From assembly GCA_964016885.1 (NCBI GenBank), contig OZ024745.1, positions 13,516,001 through 13,580,000 of the forward strand: a DNA stretch of 64,000 bases, given 5' to 3'. Made by a program: the position numbers and the translations under genes. The DNA is from Eledone cirrhosa. Taxonomy: Eukaryota. The notes under the pieces were generated by a model, which was given only the letters and a program-made list of their open reading frames with translations, did not search any database and was not told the DNA's origin. Within the stretch, counting starts at the first letter, position 1. Each line of letters opens with the position of its first letter. This document shows positions 1 through 10,934 of this stretch, in pieces.

Positions 1-3000
1 TGTGGTGGTGTGGTAGTGTGGTGGTGTGATGGTGTGGTGGTGTGGTGGTGTGGTGGTCTGGTGGTGTGGTGGTGTGGTGGTGTTGAGGTGTGGTGGTGTG
101 GTGTGGTAGTGTGGTGGTGTGGTGGTGTGGTAGTGTGGTGGTGTGGTGGTGTGGTGGTGTGGTGGTGTGGCGGTGTGCTGGTGTGGTGGTGTGGTGGTGT
201 GGTGGTGTGGTGTGGTGGTGTGGTAGTGTGGTGGTCTGGTGGTGTGGTGGTGTGGTGGTGTAGTGGTGTGGTGGTGTGGTGGTGTGGTGGTCTGGTGGTG
301 TGGTGGTGTGGTGGTGTGGTGGTGTGGTGGTGTGGTGTTGTGGTGTGGTAGTGTGGTGGTGTGGTGGTGTGGTGGTGCGGTGGTGTGGTGGTGTGGTGTG
401 GTGTGGTGGTGTGGTGGTGTGGTGGTGTGGTGGTGTGGTGGTGTGGCGGTGTGCTGGTGTAGTGGTGTGGTGGTGTGGTGGTGTGGTGTGGTGGTGTGGC
501 GGTGTGCTGGTGTAGTGGTGTGGTGGTGTGGTGGTGTGGTGTGGTGGTGTGGTAGTGTGGTGGTCTGGTGGTGTGGTGGTGTGGTGGTGTGGTGGTGTGG
601 TGGTGTGGTGGTGTGGTGTGGTGGTGTGGTAGTGTGATGGTGTGGTGGTGTGGTGGTGTGGTGGTGTGGTAGTGTGGTGGTGTGGTGGTGTGGTGGTGTG
701 GTGGTGTGGTGGTGTGGTGGTGTGGAGGTGTGGTAGTGTGGTGGTGTGGTGGTGTGGTGGTGTGGAGGTGTGGTGGTGTGGTGGTGTGGTGGTGTGGTGG
801 TGTGGTGTGGTGGTGTGGTGGTGTGGTGGTGTGGTGGTGTGGTGTGGTGGTGTGGTAGTGTGGTGGTGTGGTGGTGTGGTGGTGTGGTGGTGTGGTGTGG
901 TGGTGTAGTAGTGTGGTGGTCTGGTGGTCTGGTGGTGTGGTGGTCTGGTGGTCTGGTGGTGTGGTGGTGTGGTGGTCTGGTAGTGTGGTGGTGTGGTAGT
1001 GTGGTGGTGTGGTGGTGTGGTGGTGTGGTGTGGTGGTGTGGTGGTGTGGTAGTGTGGTGGTGTGGTGGTGTGGTGGTGTGGTGTGGTGGTGTGGTAGTGT
1101 GGTGGTGTGGTGGTGTGGTGGTGTGCTGGTGTGGCGGTGTGCTGGTGTGGTGGTGTGGTGGTATGGTGGTGTGGTGTGGTGGTGTGGTAGTGTGGTGGTC
1201 TGGTGGTGTGGTGGTGTGGTGGTGTAGTGGTGTGGTGGTGTGGTGGTGTGGTAGTGTGGTGGTGTGGTAGTGTGGTGGTGTGGTGGTGTGGTGGTGTGGT
1301 GGTGTGGTGTGGTGGTGTGGTAGTGTGGTGGTGTGGTGGCCTGGTGGTGTGGTGGTGTGGTGGTGTGGTGGTGTGGTAGTGTGGTGGTGTGGTGGTCTGG
1401 TGGTGTGGTGGTGTGGTGGTGTGGTGGTGTGGTGGTGTGGTAGTGTGGTGGTGTGGTGGTGTGGTGGTGTGGTGGTGTGGCGGTGTGCTGGTGTGGTGGT
1501 GTGGTGGTGTGGTGTGGTGGTGTGGTAGTGTGGTGGTTTGGTGGTGTGGTGGTGTGGTGGTGTGGTGGTGTGGTGGTGTGGTGGTGTGGTGGTGTGGTGT
1601 GGTGGTGTGGTGGTGTGGTGTGGTGGTGTGGTGGTGTGGTGGTGTGGTGGTGTGGTGGTGTGGTGGTGTGGTGGTGTGGTGGTGTGGCGGTGTGGTGGTG
1701 TGGTGGTGTGGTGGTGTGGTGGTGTGGTGTGGTGGTGTGGTAGTGTGGTGGTCTGGTGGTGTGGTGTGGTGGTGTGGTGGTGTGGTGGTGTGGTGGTGTG
1801 GTGGTGTGGTGGTGTGGCGGTGTGGTGGTGTGGTGGTGTGGTGGTGTGGTGGTGTGGTGATGTGGTGGTGTGGTGTGGTGGTGTGGTAGTGTGGTGGTGT
1901 GATGGTGTGGTGGTGTGGTGGTGTGGTGGTGTGGCGGTGTGGTGGTGTGGTGGTGTGGTGGTGTGGTGGTGTGGTGGTGTGGTGGTGTGGTGTGGTGGTG
2001 TGGTAGTGTGGTGGTCTGGTGGTGTGGTGGTGTGGTGGTGTGGTGGTGTGGTGGTGTGGTGGTGTGGTGGTGTGGTGTGGTGGTGTGGTAGTGTGGTGGT
2101 CTGGTGGTGTGGTGTGGTGGTGTGGTGGTGTGGTGGTGTGGTGGTGTGGTGGTGTGGTGGTGTGGCGGTGTGGTGGTGTGGTGGTGTGGTGGTGTGGTGG
2201 TGTGGTGATGTGGTGGTGTGGTGTGGTGGTGTGGTAGTGTGGTGGTGTGATGGTGTGGTGGTGTGGTGGTGTGGTGGTGTGGCGGTGTGGTGGTGTGGTG
2301 GTGTGGTGGTGTGGTGGTGTGGTGGTGTGGTGGTGTGGTGTGGTGGTGTGGTAGTGTGGTGGTCTGGTGGTGTGGTGGTGTGGTGGTGTGGTGGTGTGGT
2401 AGTGTGGTGGTGTGGTGGTGTGGTGGTGTGGTGGTGTGGTGGTCTGGTGGTGTGGTGGTGTGGTGGTGTGGTGTGGTGGTGTGGTAGTGTGGTGGTGTGG
2501 TGGTGTGGTGGTGTGGTGTGGTGGTGTGGTAGTGTGGTGGTGTGGTGGTGTGGTGGTGTGCTGGTGTGGCGGTGTGCTGGTGTGGTGGTGTGGTGGTGTG
2601 GTGGTGTGGTGTGGTGGTGTGGTAGTGTGGTGGTCTGGTGGTGTGGTGGTGGGGTGGTGTAGTGGTGTGGTGGTGTGGTGGTGTGGTGGTCTGGTGGTGT
2701 GGTGGTGTGGTGGTGTGGTGGTGTGGTGGTGTGGTAGTGTGGTGGTGTGGTGGTGTGGTGGTGTGGTGGTGTGGCGGTGTGCTGGTGTGGTGGTGTGGTG
2801 GTGTGGTGTGGTGGTGTGGTAGTGTGGTGGTTTGGTGGTGTGGTGGTGTGGTGGTGTGGTGGTGTGGTGGTGTGGTGGTGTGGTGGTGTGGTGTGGTGGT
2901 GTGGTGGTGTGGTGTGGTGGTGTGGTGGTGTGGTGGTGTGGTGGTGTGGTGGTGTGGTGGTGTTGTGTGGTGGTCTGGTGGTGTGGTGGTGTGGTAGTGT

Positions 3001-4260
3001 GGTGGTGTGGTGGTGTGGTGGTGTGGTGGTGTGGTAGTGTGGTGGTGTGGCGGTGTAGTGGTGTGGTGGTGTGGTGGTGTGGTGGTGTGGTAGTGTGGTG
3101 GTGTGGTGGTGTGGTGTGGTGGTGTGGTGGTGTAGTGGTGTGGTGTGGTGGTGTGGTGTGGTGGTGTGGTGGTGTGGTGGTGTGGTGGTGTGGTGGTGTG
3201 GTGTGGTGGTGTGGTGGTGTGGGGTGTTGTGTGGTGGTCTGGTGGTGTGGTGGTGTGGTAGTGTGGTGGTGTGGTGGTGTGGTGGTCTGGTGGTGTGGTG
3301 GTGTGGTGGTGTGGTGGTGTGGTGGTGTGGTGTGGTGGTGTGGTGGTGTGGTAGTGTGGTGGTATGGTGGTGTGGTAGTGTGGTGGTGTGGTGGTGTGGT
3401 GGTGTGGTTGTGTGGTAGTGTGGTGGTGTGGTGGTGTGGTGTGGTGGTGTGGTGGTGTGGTGGTGTGGTGGTGTGGTGTGGTGGTGTGGTGGTGTGGTGG
3501 TGTGGTGGTGTTGTGTGGTGGTCTGGTGGTGTGGTGGTGTGGTAGTGTGGTGGTGTGGTGGTGTGGTGGTGTGGTGGTGTGGTGGTGTGGTAGTGTGGTG
3601 GTGTGGTGGTGTGGTGGTGTGGTGGTGTGGTGGTGTGGTGGTGTGGTGTGGTGGTGTGGTAGTGTGGTGGTGTGGTGGTGTGGTAGTGTGGTGGTGTGGC
3701 GGTGTGGTGTGGTGGTGTGGTGGTGTGGTGGTGGGTGGTGTGGGTGTGGTGGTGTGGTGGTGTGGTGGTGTGGTGGTGTGGTGGTGTGGTAGTGTGGTGG
3801 TGTGGCGGTGTGGTGGTGGTGGTGTAGGTGTGTGGTGGGTGGTGTGGTGGTGTGGTGGTGTGGTGGTGTGGTGGTGTGGTAGTGTGGTGGTGTGGCGGTG
3901 TGGTGTGGTGGTGTGGTGGTGTGGTAGTGTGGTGGTGTGGCGGTGTGGTGTGGTGGTGTGGTGGTGTGGTGGTGTGGTGGTGTGGTGTGGTGGTGTGGTG
4001 GTGTGGTGGTGTGGTGGTGTTGTGTGGTGGTCTGGTGGTGTGGTGGTGTGGTAGTGTGGTGGTGTGGTGGTGTGGTGGTCTGGTGGTGTGGTGGTGTGGT
4101 GGTGTGGTGGTGTGGTGGTGTGGTGTGGTGGTGTGGTAGTGTGGTGGTGTGGTGGTGTGGTGGTGTGGTGGTCTGGTGTGTGGTGGTGTGGTGGTGTGGT
4201 GGTGTGGTGGTGTGGTGGTGTGGTGGTGTGGTAGTGTGGTGGTGTGGTGGTGTAGTGGTA
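1..4260. repeat. Large G/T-rich low-complexity tandem array of TGG/TGTGG units
   Basis: About 4.2 kb made almost only of tggtg/tgg units with rare variants (gtag, gtct, gcgg, gatg); runs off the window start. Confidence 0.97.
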
Positions 4261-4344
4261 GGAGACATTCTTGATAAGGTGAACAGATGTGACACAGATA
4301 CGGAGATGGTGCCTCCTTCAACACATGTTGAGGTGGATGAAGTT

Positions 4345-4570
4345 GTGAAAGAGGAGATAAGAAAAGAGGGAATAAAAGAAAGAAAGGGAGACAGAAAGAA
4401 TAAAGAAAGAAAGAAGGAGTGAAAGTAGGAGAGAAAGAAACTAAAGAAAGAAAATAAGACAGAAAGAAAGAAAGAAAATAAAACAGAAAGAAAGAAAATA
4501 ATATTAAAAAAAGATTGAAAGAAAGAGAGAGAGAAAGAAAGAAAGTGAAAGAAAGGAAGAAAGGAACGAA
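4345..4570. repeat. Purine-rich (GAAA)n-like low-complexity tract
   Basis: Runs of gaaagaaa and gagaga. Confidence 0.85.
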
Positions 4571-4854
4571 GATCAGTTTACTTCAGTGAACTCCATTAAT
4601 ATTTAAAATATCCATGTTTATCAGACAACAGAATCATCTTAAGTAATTGTATATATATGTATATATGTATGTATGTGTGTATGTGTGTATGTATGTATGT
4701 GTGTATGTGTATGTATGTATGTATGTATGTATATACGTATGTATGTATATATGTTCATGTATGTATGTATGTATATATGTATGTGTGTATGTATGTATGT
4801 GTATGTACGTGTGTATATATGTATGTATGTATGTAAGTATGTATGTATGTATGT

Positions 4855-5419
4855 CAGGTCACCACTTGGTGCTACTGCTAACATGTCTCCCAGTACAACC
4901 TGTCACATGGTCGGGTCGTTGGCGACTAAACTGGCAACCTCACCAAGGTTTCTTGGTGAGGAGGGTGACTTTGGACATCCTGCAGGACTAAAAACAAAAC
5001 CTGTCAAAGGGCAAAGGAGCTCTTAAGAGTCAATGGCCATCCAAAATCACCGGGAGAGATGACCCCTTAGCCTTTGTAAAGGCAGAATTCTAGGAGAAGG
5101 AAAACTCTGATATAACAACTGCAACTCTGATGGTATCCAATGATGTTGACTTGTTCTTCTTTCTGGTAAATATCATCTTGGTTAAGAGAGTGGGACTGGC
5201 TTTGTGCAGTGCCTTTGCTCACTATAAAAGCTTCACGGCACAAGCATTGCTTTATATCTGGAGATCTCTCTGCACTTGTCGTCACATGGTACTATGGGCC
5301 CAGCACTGTGTCAATAATTGTCACAAGTGTAGTGTTTGTACCAGAGTGCATCGGTATGGGTTCTCCTACATGGATATAAAGTGGTGGCCGTACTCGAAAA
5401 CGAGTTGGCAGCCACCACC
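4855..5419 (+). mobile_element. Non-autonomous bipartite RTE-derived element (RTE 5'UTR + RTE 3' end), copy 1
   Basis: Homologous to 5955-6560 and 11031-11636, with more substitutions and a 42-bp deletion in the zinc-finger-derived part; ends ggcagccacc followed by (ATGT)n. Confidence 0.85.
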
Positions 5420-5449
5420 ATGTATACATGTATGTGTATGTATGTATGT

Positions 5450-5760
5450 TATCTCTCCCTCTTAATTTCGAGTATATTTTTTTGACCGGCCACCTTCCTG
5501 GTGGCAAGGTTGTAAAAGAAAAAAAATTGTCATCCCTTGAATCGCAAGAATGTTTTGCAAATTTTGAAGGTGCCAGCTATCGCAGCCATTTGTAGGCTAT
5601 GAATTAGGGAGCTGCGCTTTTTGTCCGCAAATCCAAGTTCAGTCATACTTTGGTCCAAGCGGGTTGGTATATAACACGTAGCTCCAATAATGATGGGTAT
5701 GAAGCTAAAGGTATATCTTGGATACTGGATTTGTAAACTCCTCATCAATGGTCCGTAGAT
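5450..5760 (-). mobile_element. 5'-truncated R4/Dong-like (restriction-like endonuclease) non-LTR retrotransposon 3' end
   Basis: Minus strand reads IYGPLMRSLQIQYPRYTFSFIPIIIGATCYIP...LQMAAIAGTFKICKTFLRF*, resembling the RLE C-terminus of R4/Dong elements; short 3'UTR; (ATGT)n on both sides. Confidence 0.7.
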
Positions 5761-5954
5761 GTATGTATCTATGTATGTATGTATGTATGTATGTATGTAT
5801 GTATGTATGTATGTATGTATGTATGTATGTATGTATGTATGTATGTATGAATGTATGTATGAATGTATGTATATGTATATGTATGTATGTATATATGTAT
5901 ATATGTGTATGTATGTATGTATATATGTGTATGTATATATGTATGTATTTATGT

Positions 5955-6560
5955 CAGGTCACCAGTTGGTGCTACTGGTAACATGTATCCGAGTACAACC
6001 TGTCCCATGGCGGGTCGTTGGCGACTAAACTGGCAACCCCAACAAGGTTTCTTGGTGAGGAGGGTGACTTTGGATATCCTGCAGGACTAAAAACGAAACC
6101 TGTCAAAAGGGCAAAGGAGCTCTTAAAAGTCAATGGCCATCCAAAATCACCGGGAGAGATGACCCCTTAGCCTTTGTAAAGGCAGAATTCTAGGAGAAGG
6201 AAAACTCTGATATAACACCTGCAACTCTGATGGTATCCAATGATGTTGACTTGTTCTTCTTTTTGGTAAATATCATGTTGGTTAAGAGAGTGGGACTGGC
6301 TTTGTGCAGTGCCTTTGCTCACTATAAAAGCTTCACGGCACAGGCATTGCTTTATATCTGGAGATCTCTCTGCACTTGTCGTCACATGGTACCATGGGCC
6401 CAGCACTATGTGTCAATAATTGTCACAAATGTAGTGTTTGTACCAGAGTTTTCAAGTCGCTGGCTGGACTAAAAAGTCACACTCGTTCAGCGCATCGGTA
6501 GGGGTTCTCCTACATGGATATACAGTAGTGGCCGTACTCGAAAACAAGTTGGCAGCCACC
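5955..6560 (+). mobile_element. Non-autonomous bipartite RTE-derived element, copy 2
   Basis: 6188-6350 aligns with the LINE 5'UTR 6914-7097 (ttctaggagaagg...gagagtggga...gcacaggcattgc). The 3' part encodes HKCSVCTRVFKSLAGLKSHTRSAHR*, like the last LINE zinc finger. 3' hairpin and (ATGT)n tail as in the LINE. Confidence 0.88.
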
Positions 6561-6672
6561 ATGTATGTATGTATGTATGTATGTATGTATGTATGTATGT
6601 ATGTATGTATGTATGTATGTATATATGTATATATGTGTATGTATGTATGTATATATGTGTATGTATATATGT

Positions 6673-7126
6673 GTGTGTGTGCGTGTAAGTGAGTAGAGTA
6701 GCGTGTGTGTGTGTTTGTTGTGTGTGTGAGTGTTGCTGTGTGCACGCATATGTATGCGTGTGTGTGTATGTCGTACGTATAAGTGTCAATAAGTAATTTT
6801 TTTTTTTTTTTTTTTTTTTTTTTGCGCGGGGACATAGAAATAATCGGGCTGGATGCCCGATCGCGCAGTTAAACCACTGGGAGTGAAGAACCCCTAGCCC
6901 ATGTCAGGGTATTCTTCTAGGAGAAGGCATCTCAGGAAACTGGGTTAACTCCGATATAAAACCTGCGGCTCAGTAGTTACCGATGATGTTGATCTTTTCT
7001 TCTTTTCGGGTTATAGCTACTGTCGCTCAGAGAGTGGGATTGGTTCAGTGCACAGTCTTTCCTCACTTTAAAAATATTCGTCACGCACAGGCATTGCACG
7101 AGTGCATTAATAATTATTAATAGTGT

Positions 7127-7161
<35 letters not shown>

Positions 7162-7166
7162 TATTA

Positions 7167-7197
<31 letters not shown>

Positions 7198-10100
7198 CCA
7201 ATTCAATGATGTTCCAGAACAATGTAAACGAGATAATTGCCAATTTGGGTTCTGGAACAAAAGAGATCATTGGCAATAAGGGCAGGGGCCCCAAGTTATC
7301 ACAACCTGGGCCCGCCCGTCATCGTGCCATTGTAATAGAGCCAAACAGGGCATTTAGTCTTGGCTGCTGGAACGTACGGACGCTGCTTGACAGGGATTCT
7401 TTGGAGCGTCCTGAACGAAGGACCGCTCTTGTTGCGAAGGAGCTTCGACGTTACGATCTTGACATCGTGGCTTTGTCTGAGACGAGGTTAGCTGGAGATG
7501 GTCATCTTACGGAATTTTGTGGAGAATATACATTCTTCTGGAAAGGAAGAGATGAAGGAACCAGAAGAGAGGCTGGGGTAGGATTTGCTGTTAAGACTGT
7601 ACTGGTGAATAAATTGGAAGAATTCCCAGTGGGGATTAGTGAGCGTCTTATGTCCATGAGAGTTCCGCTGGACAAGGGAAGATATGCTACCCTGGTGAGT
7701 GTGTATGCTCCAACTATGAATTCTGTCGATGAAGAAAAACTGTCCTTTTACCATGCCTTGAAAGGTGTTTTAAGAAATATCCCTCAGGCAGACAAAGTCA
7801 TCGTGCTTGGTGACTTTAATGCTAGAGTGGGTAGGGATTTTAACACATGGAATGTAATCGGAAGGCATGGGGTGGGAAAGTGTAACAGCAATGGTATGCT
7901 CTTGCTGCAGATGTGTGAGGAGCTGGATCTGTGTGTTACCAACACCATGTTCCAACAAAAGAACAAATTCAAGACCACATGGATGCATCCTGCATCTAAG
8001 GAATGGCATCTTTTGGACTACGTCCTAGTCAGGATGCGTGACAGACAGGATGTGCGGTGTGTTCGTGTTCTTCGTGGAGCTGAGTGCTGGACGGACCACC
8101 GCCTGGTACGCGCAAAAGTGAATCTAATCACCAAACGTAAAATCCGGGCTCCTGGTGTTACCCTGCCCAAAAGATTGAATGCTGCTCGTCTTAAGGATAA
8201 AAATGTGAAGAGGACATTGGAAGAAGAGATGCAGGCTGCAGATCTTGGTGAGGATTGGCCGACCCTTAAAAAGTCGGTTTATGATGTAGGCAGACGTGTT
8301 CTGGGATTGGTGCAGAGAAAACATCAGGACTGGTTTAATGAGAAAGATGTGCATATAGATGACTTGTTGGCTGATAAGAGGCGCGCTCTGTCACGCTACT
8401 TGACGGCAAGACCACAGGAGAGGAATACGTTGCATGAGGAGCTCAGGGATGTAAAATCACGTGTTAGGCGGAGTCTTTCTCAGATGAAGGATCAGTGGTG
8501 GAGTGAAAAGGCTGGTGAGATACAAACTGCGTCTGATTGCAATAACACAAAGCTGTTGTACAGTCTCTTGCGTGAGGTTTATGGACCGTCTTCTTCTCTG
8601 GTGACACCGATTCGCAGCAGGGATGGCAAAGAACTTCTTCGTGACTCACAGGGAATTCTACGAAGGTGGCGGGAGCACTTTGATGATCTTTTGAATCAGC
8701 CGTCTGTCGTCAGTGAAGATTTCCTCAATCTCATTCCGGAAAGTCCTGTGAAAGTAGCTCTCGCAGAGCCTCCGACACTTGTGGAGGTTGCAGTGGCTAT
8801 TTCGAAGCTGAACAGTGGAAGATCTCCAGGTATGGATGGCATACATGCTGAGCTCCTACAATATGGTGGTGAGAGACTCCTGCAACATCTTCACTCTCTG
8901 TTTGGAAGGATATGGGCTAATGAATCCGTGCCTGAGGACTGGAGAGATGCAGTAATGGTGGTCTTGTACAAGGGAAAGGGTAACAGGAATGATTGTGGGA
9001 ACTACAGAGGTATATCATTGCTTTCTGTCGTGGGGAAAGTTTTATGTAGGGTGCTTCTGGACCGTCTGCTGACACACATTGCAGATTGTGTCCTTCCTGA
9101 AAGTCAATCTGGTTTTCGTGTTGGACGCGGCACTACTGATATGATCTTCTCAGCTAGACAGCTCCAGGAGAAGTGCATTGAACAGGGCTTGGATCTGTAT
9201 CAGGTTTTTGTCGATCTGACAAAGGCTTTCGATACTGTCAACAGAGATGCATTATGGAAGGTTCTCCAGAAACTTGGTTGCCCTGATAAGTTCCTTGCTT
9301 TAGTTAGGTCTTTCCATGACGACATGAAGGCTTGGGTTAATGTCGGAGGTAACATGTCGGAGCCTATCTCAGTAAAAAATGGAGTGAAACAGGGGGATAT
9401 TCCAGCACCGACCCTGTTTGCCATATACTTTGCAATGGTTTTCTGTGTTGCATTCAGGAATTGCGAGCATGGTGTTTACATCCGATATCGAACCTCAGGC
9501 AGCATATTTAACATCAGGCGCTTTGCTGCGAAGACAAAAGTATTTACATCAGTCATAAGAGACCTCTTGTATGCAGATGATTGCGATCTTGTAGCGCACA
9601 CAGAGAGTGATATGCAGCACATTTTGAATGTATTTTCTGACGCTTGCACTGCCCTGGGTTTGACTGTCAGTCTCAAGAAAACCGTCGTCATGTACCAACC
9701 TGCACCTGGTAGGCAGTACACTGAACCAAACATCTATGTGTATGGCAAGCGACTTGGAGTGGTTGATCAGTTTGTCTACCTGGGAAGCACTGTCAATCGA
9801 TACGGCAACCTTGACAGTGAAATCTCACTTAGGATTAGGAAAGCAAGTGATGCTTTCGGAAAGCTAGAAAGGCGACTCTGGGGTCGGCGAGACATATGCA
9901 GGAGGACAAAGGTAAGGGTGTACAGGGCATGTGTACTCTCTTGTCTTCTTTATGCCTGCGAGACCTGGGTCACATATCGACGCCACCTTGAGCAATTGGA
10001 GCGTTTCCATCAGATGTGTCTCAGACGGATACATGGCGTTCGCTGGAGGGACCACATCAGTGATGTCGAGATTTTGGGAAGCTCTATGTGTGACAGTATA

Positions 10101-10759
10101 GAAGCTCTTGTGCTTAAGCAGCGACTCCGTTGGAGTGGTCACCTTGCCAGGATGAAGGATTCTAGAATACCAAAACAACTCTTCTATGGAGAGTTGGTTA
10201 AAGGAAAACGACCGCCACATAAACCAAAAAAGAGGTATAAGGATTCCTTGAAGGCCTCTCTGAAAGACGCTAACATCTCTGCTGATACATGGGAAAATAT
10301 TGCTGCTGATCGTAATAAATGGAGAAAGACTGTATATGAGGGAAAAGTTGCCTTTGAGGCATCTCGAATCGCACACGAGAAAGTAAAGCGGGACGTGAGG
10401 AAGGGTATTGCTGTTGCACTTCCAGACGGCGAGGGTCCTCCTATGTTTCTGACATGCAGCGTCTGTGCGAGACTCTGCCTAAGCAAAGCTGGACTCGAAA
10501 GTCATCTTCGCAGTCATAAAGTAAGACCAGTGGTTGACTACCAGGCTGCTGTTGGAGATGCTACTCATCATGCTTGCCAAACATGTGGTAGAGAATGTAA
10601 ATCAGCAGGAGGACTCAAGCGACATGCAAAAGTACACGAACTCCAACCACAGCCGACTATTCCCAGTAAATGTTTTGGTTGCCGACTCTGTGCAAGACAT
10701 TTTGGATCATTGGCTGGGCTAAAAAGCCACATTCGATCGCAGCACTGTTAGTTGCTATC

Positions 10760-10797
<38 letters not shown>

Positions 10798-10876
10798 GCT
10801 TATGTGCGTGCGTGTGTGTGTATATATATATGAATATGTATATTATTATTGTTGTTGTCGTTATTATTATTATTGC

Positions 10877-10934
<58 letters not shown>

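Noticed and set aside
1-4260. Telomere
   Set aside because: No TTAGGG units; irregular TGG/TG repeat.
10-4422. Many V/W/C/G-rich ORFs
   Set aside because: Stop-free translations of the TGG array in several frames. The short unique tail at 4260-4420 has no recognisable homology or splice context.
7488-10486. Antisense ORFs within the LINE
   Set aside because: Shadow ORFs with no motifs.
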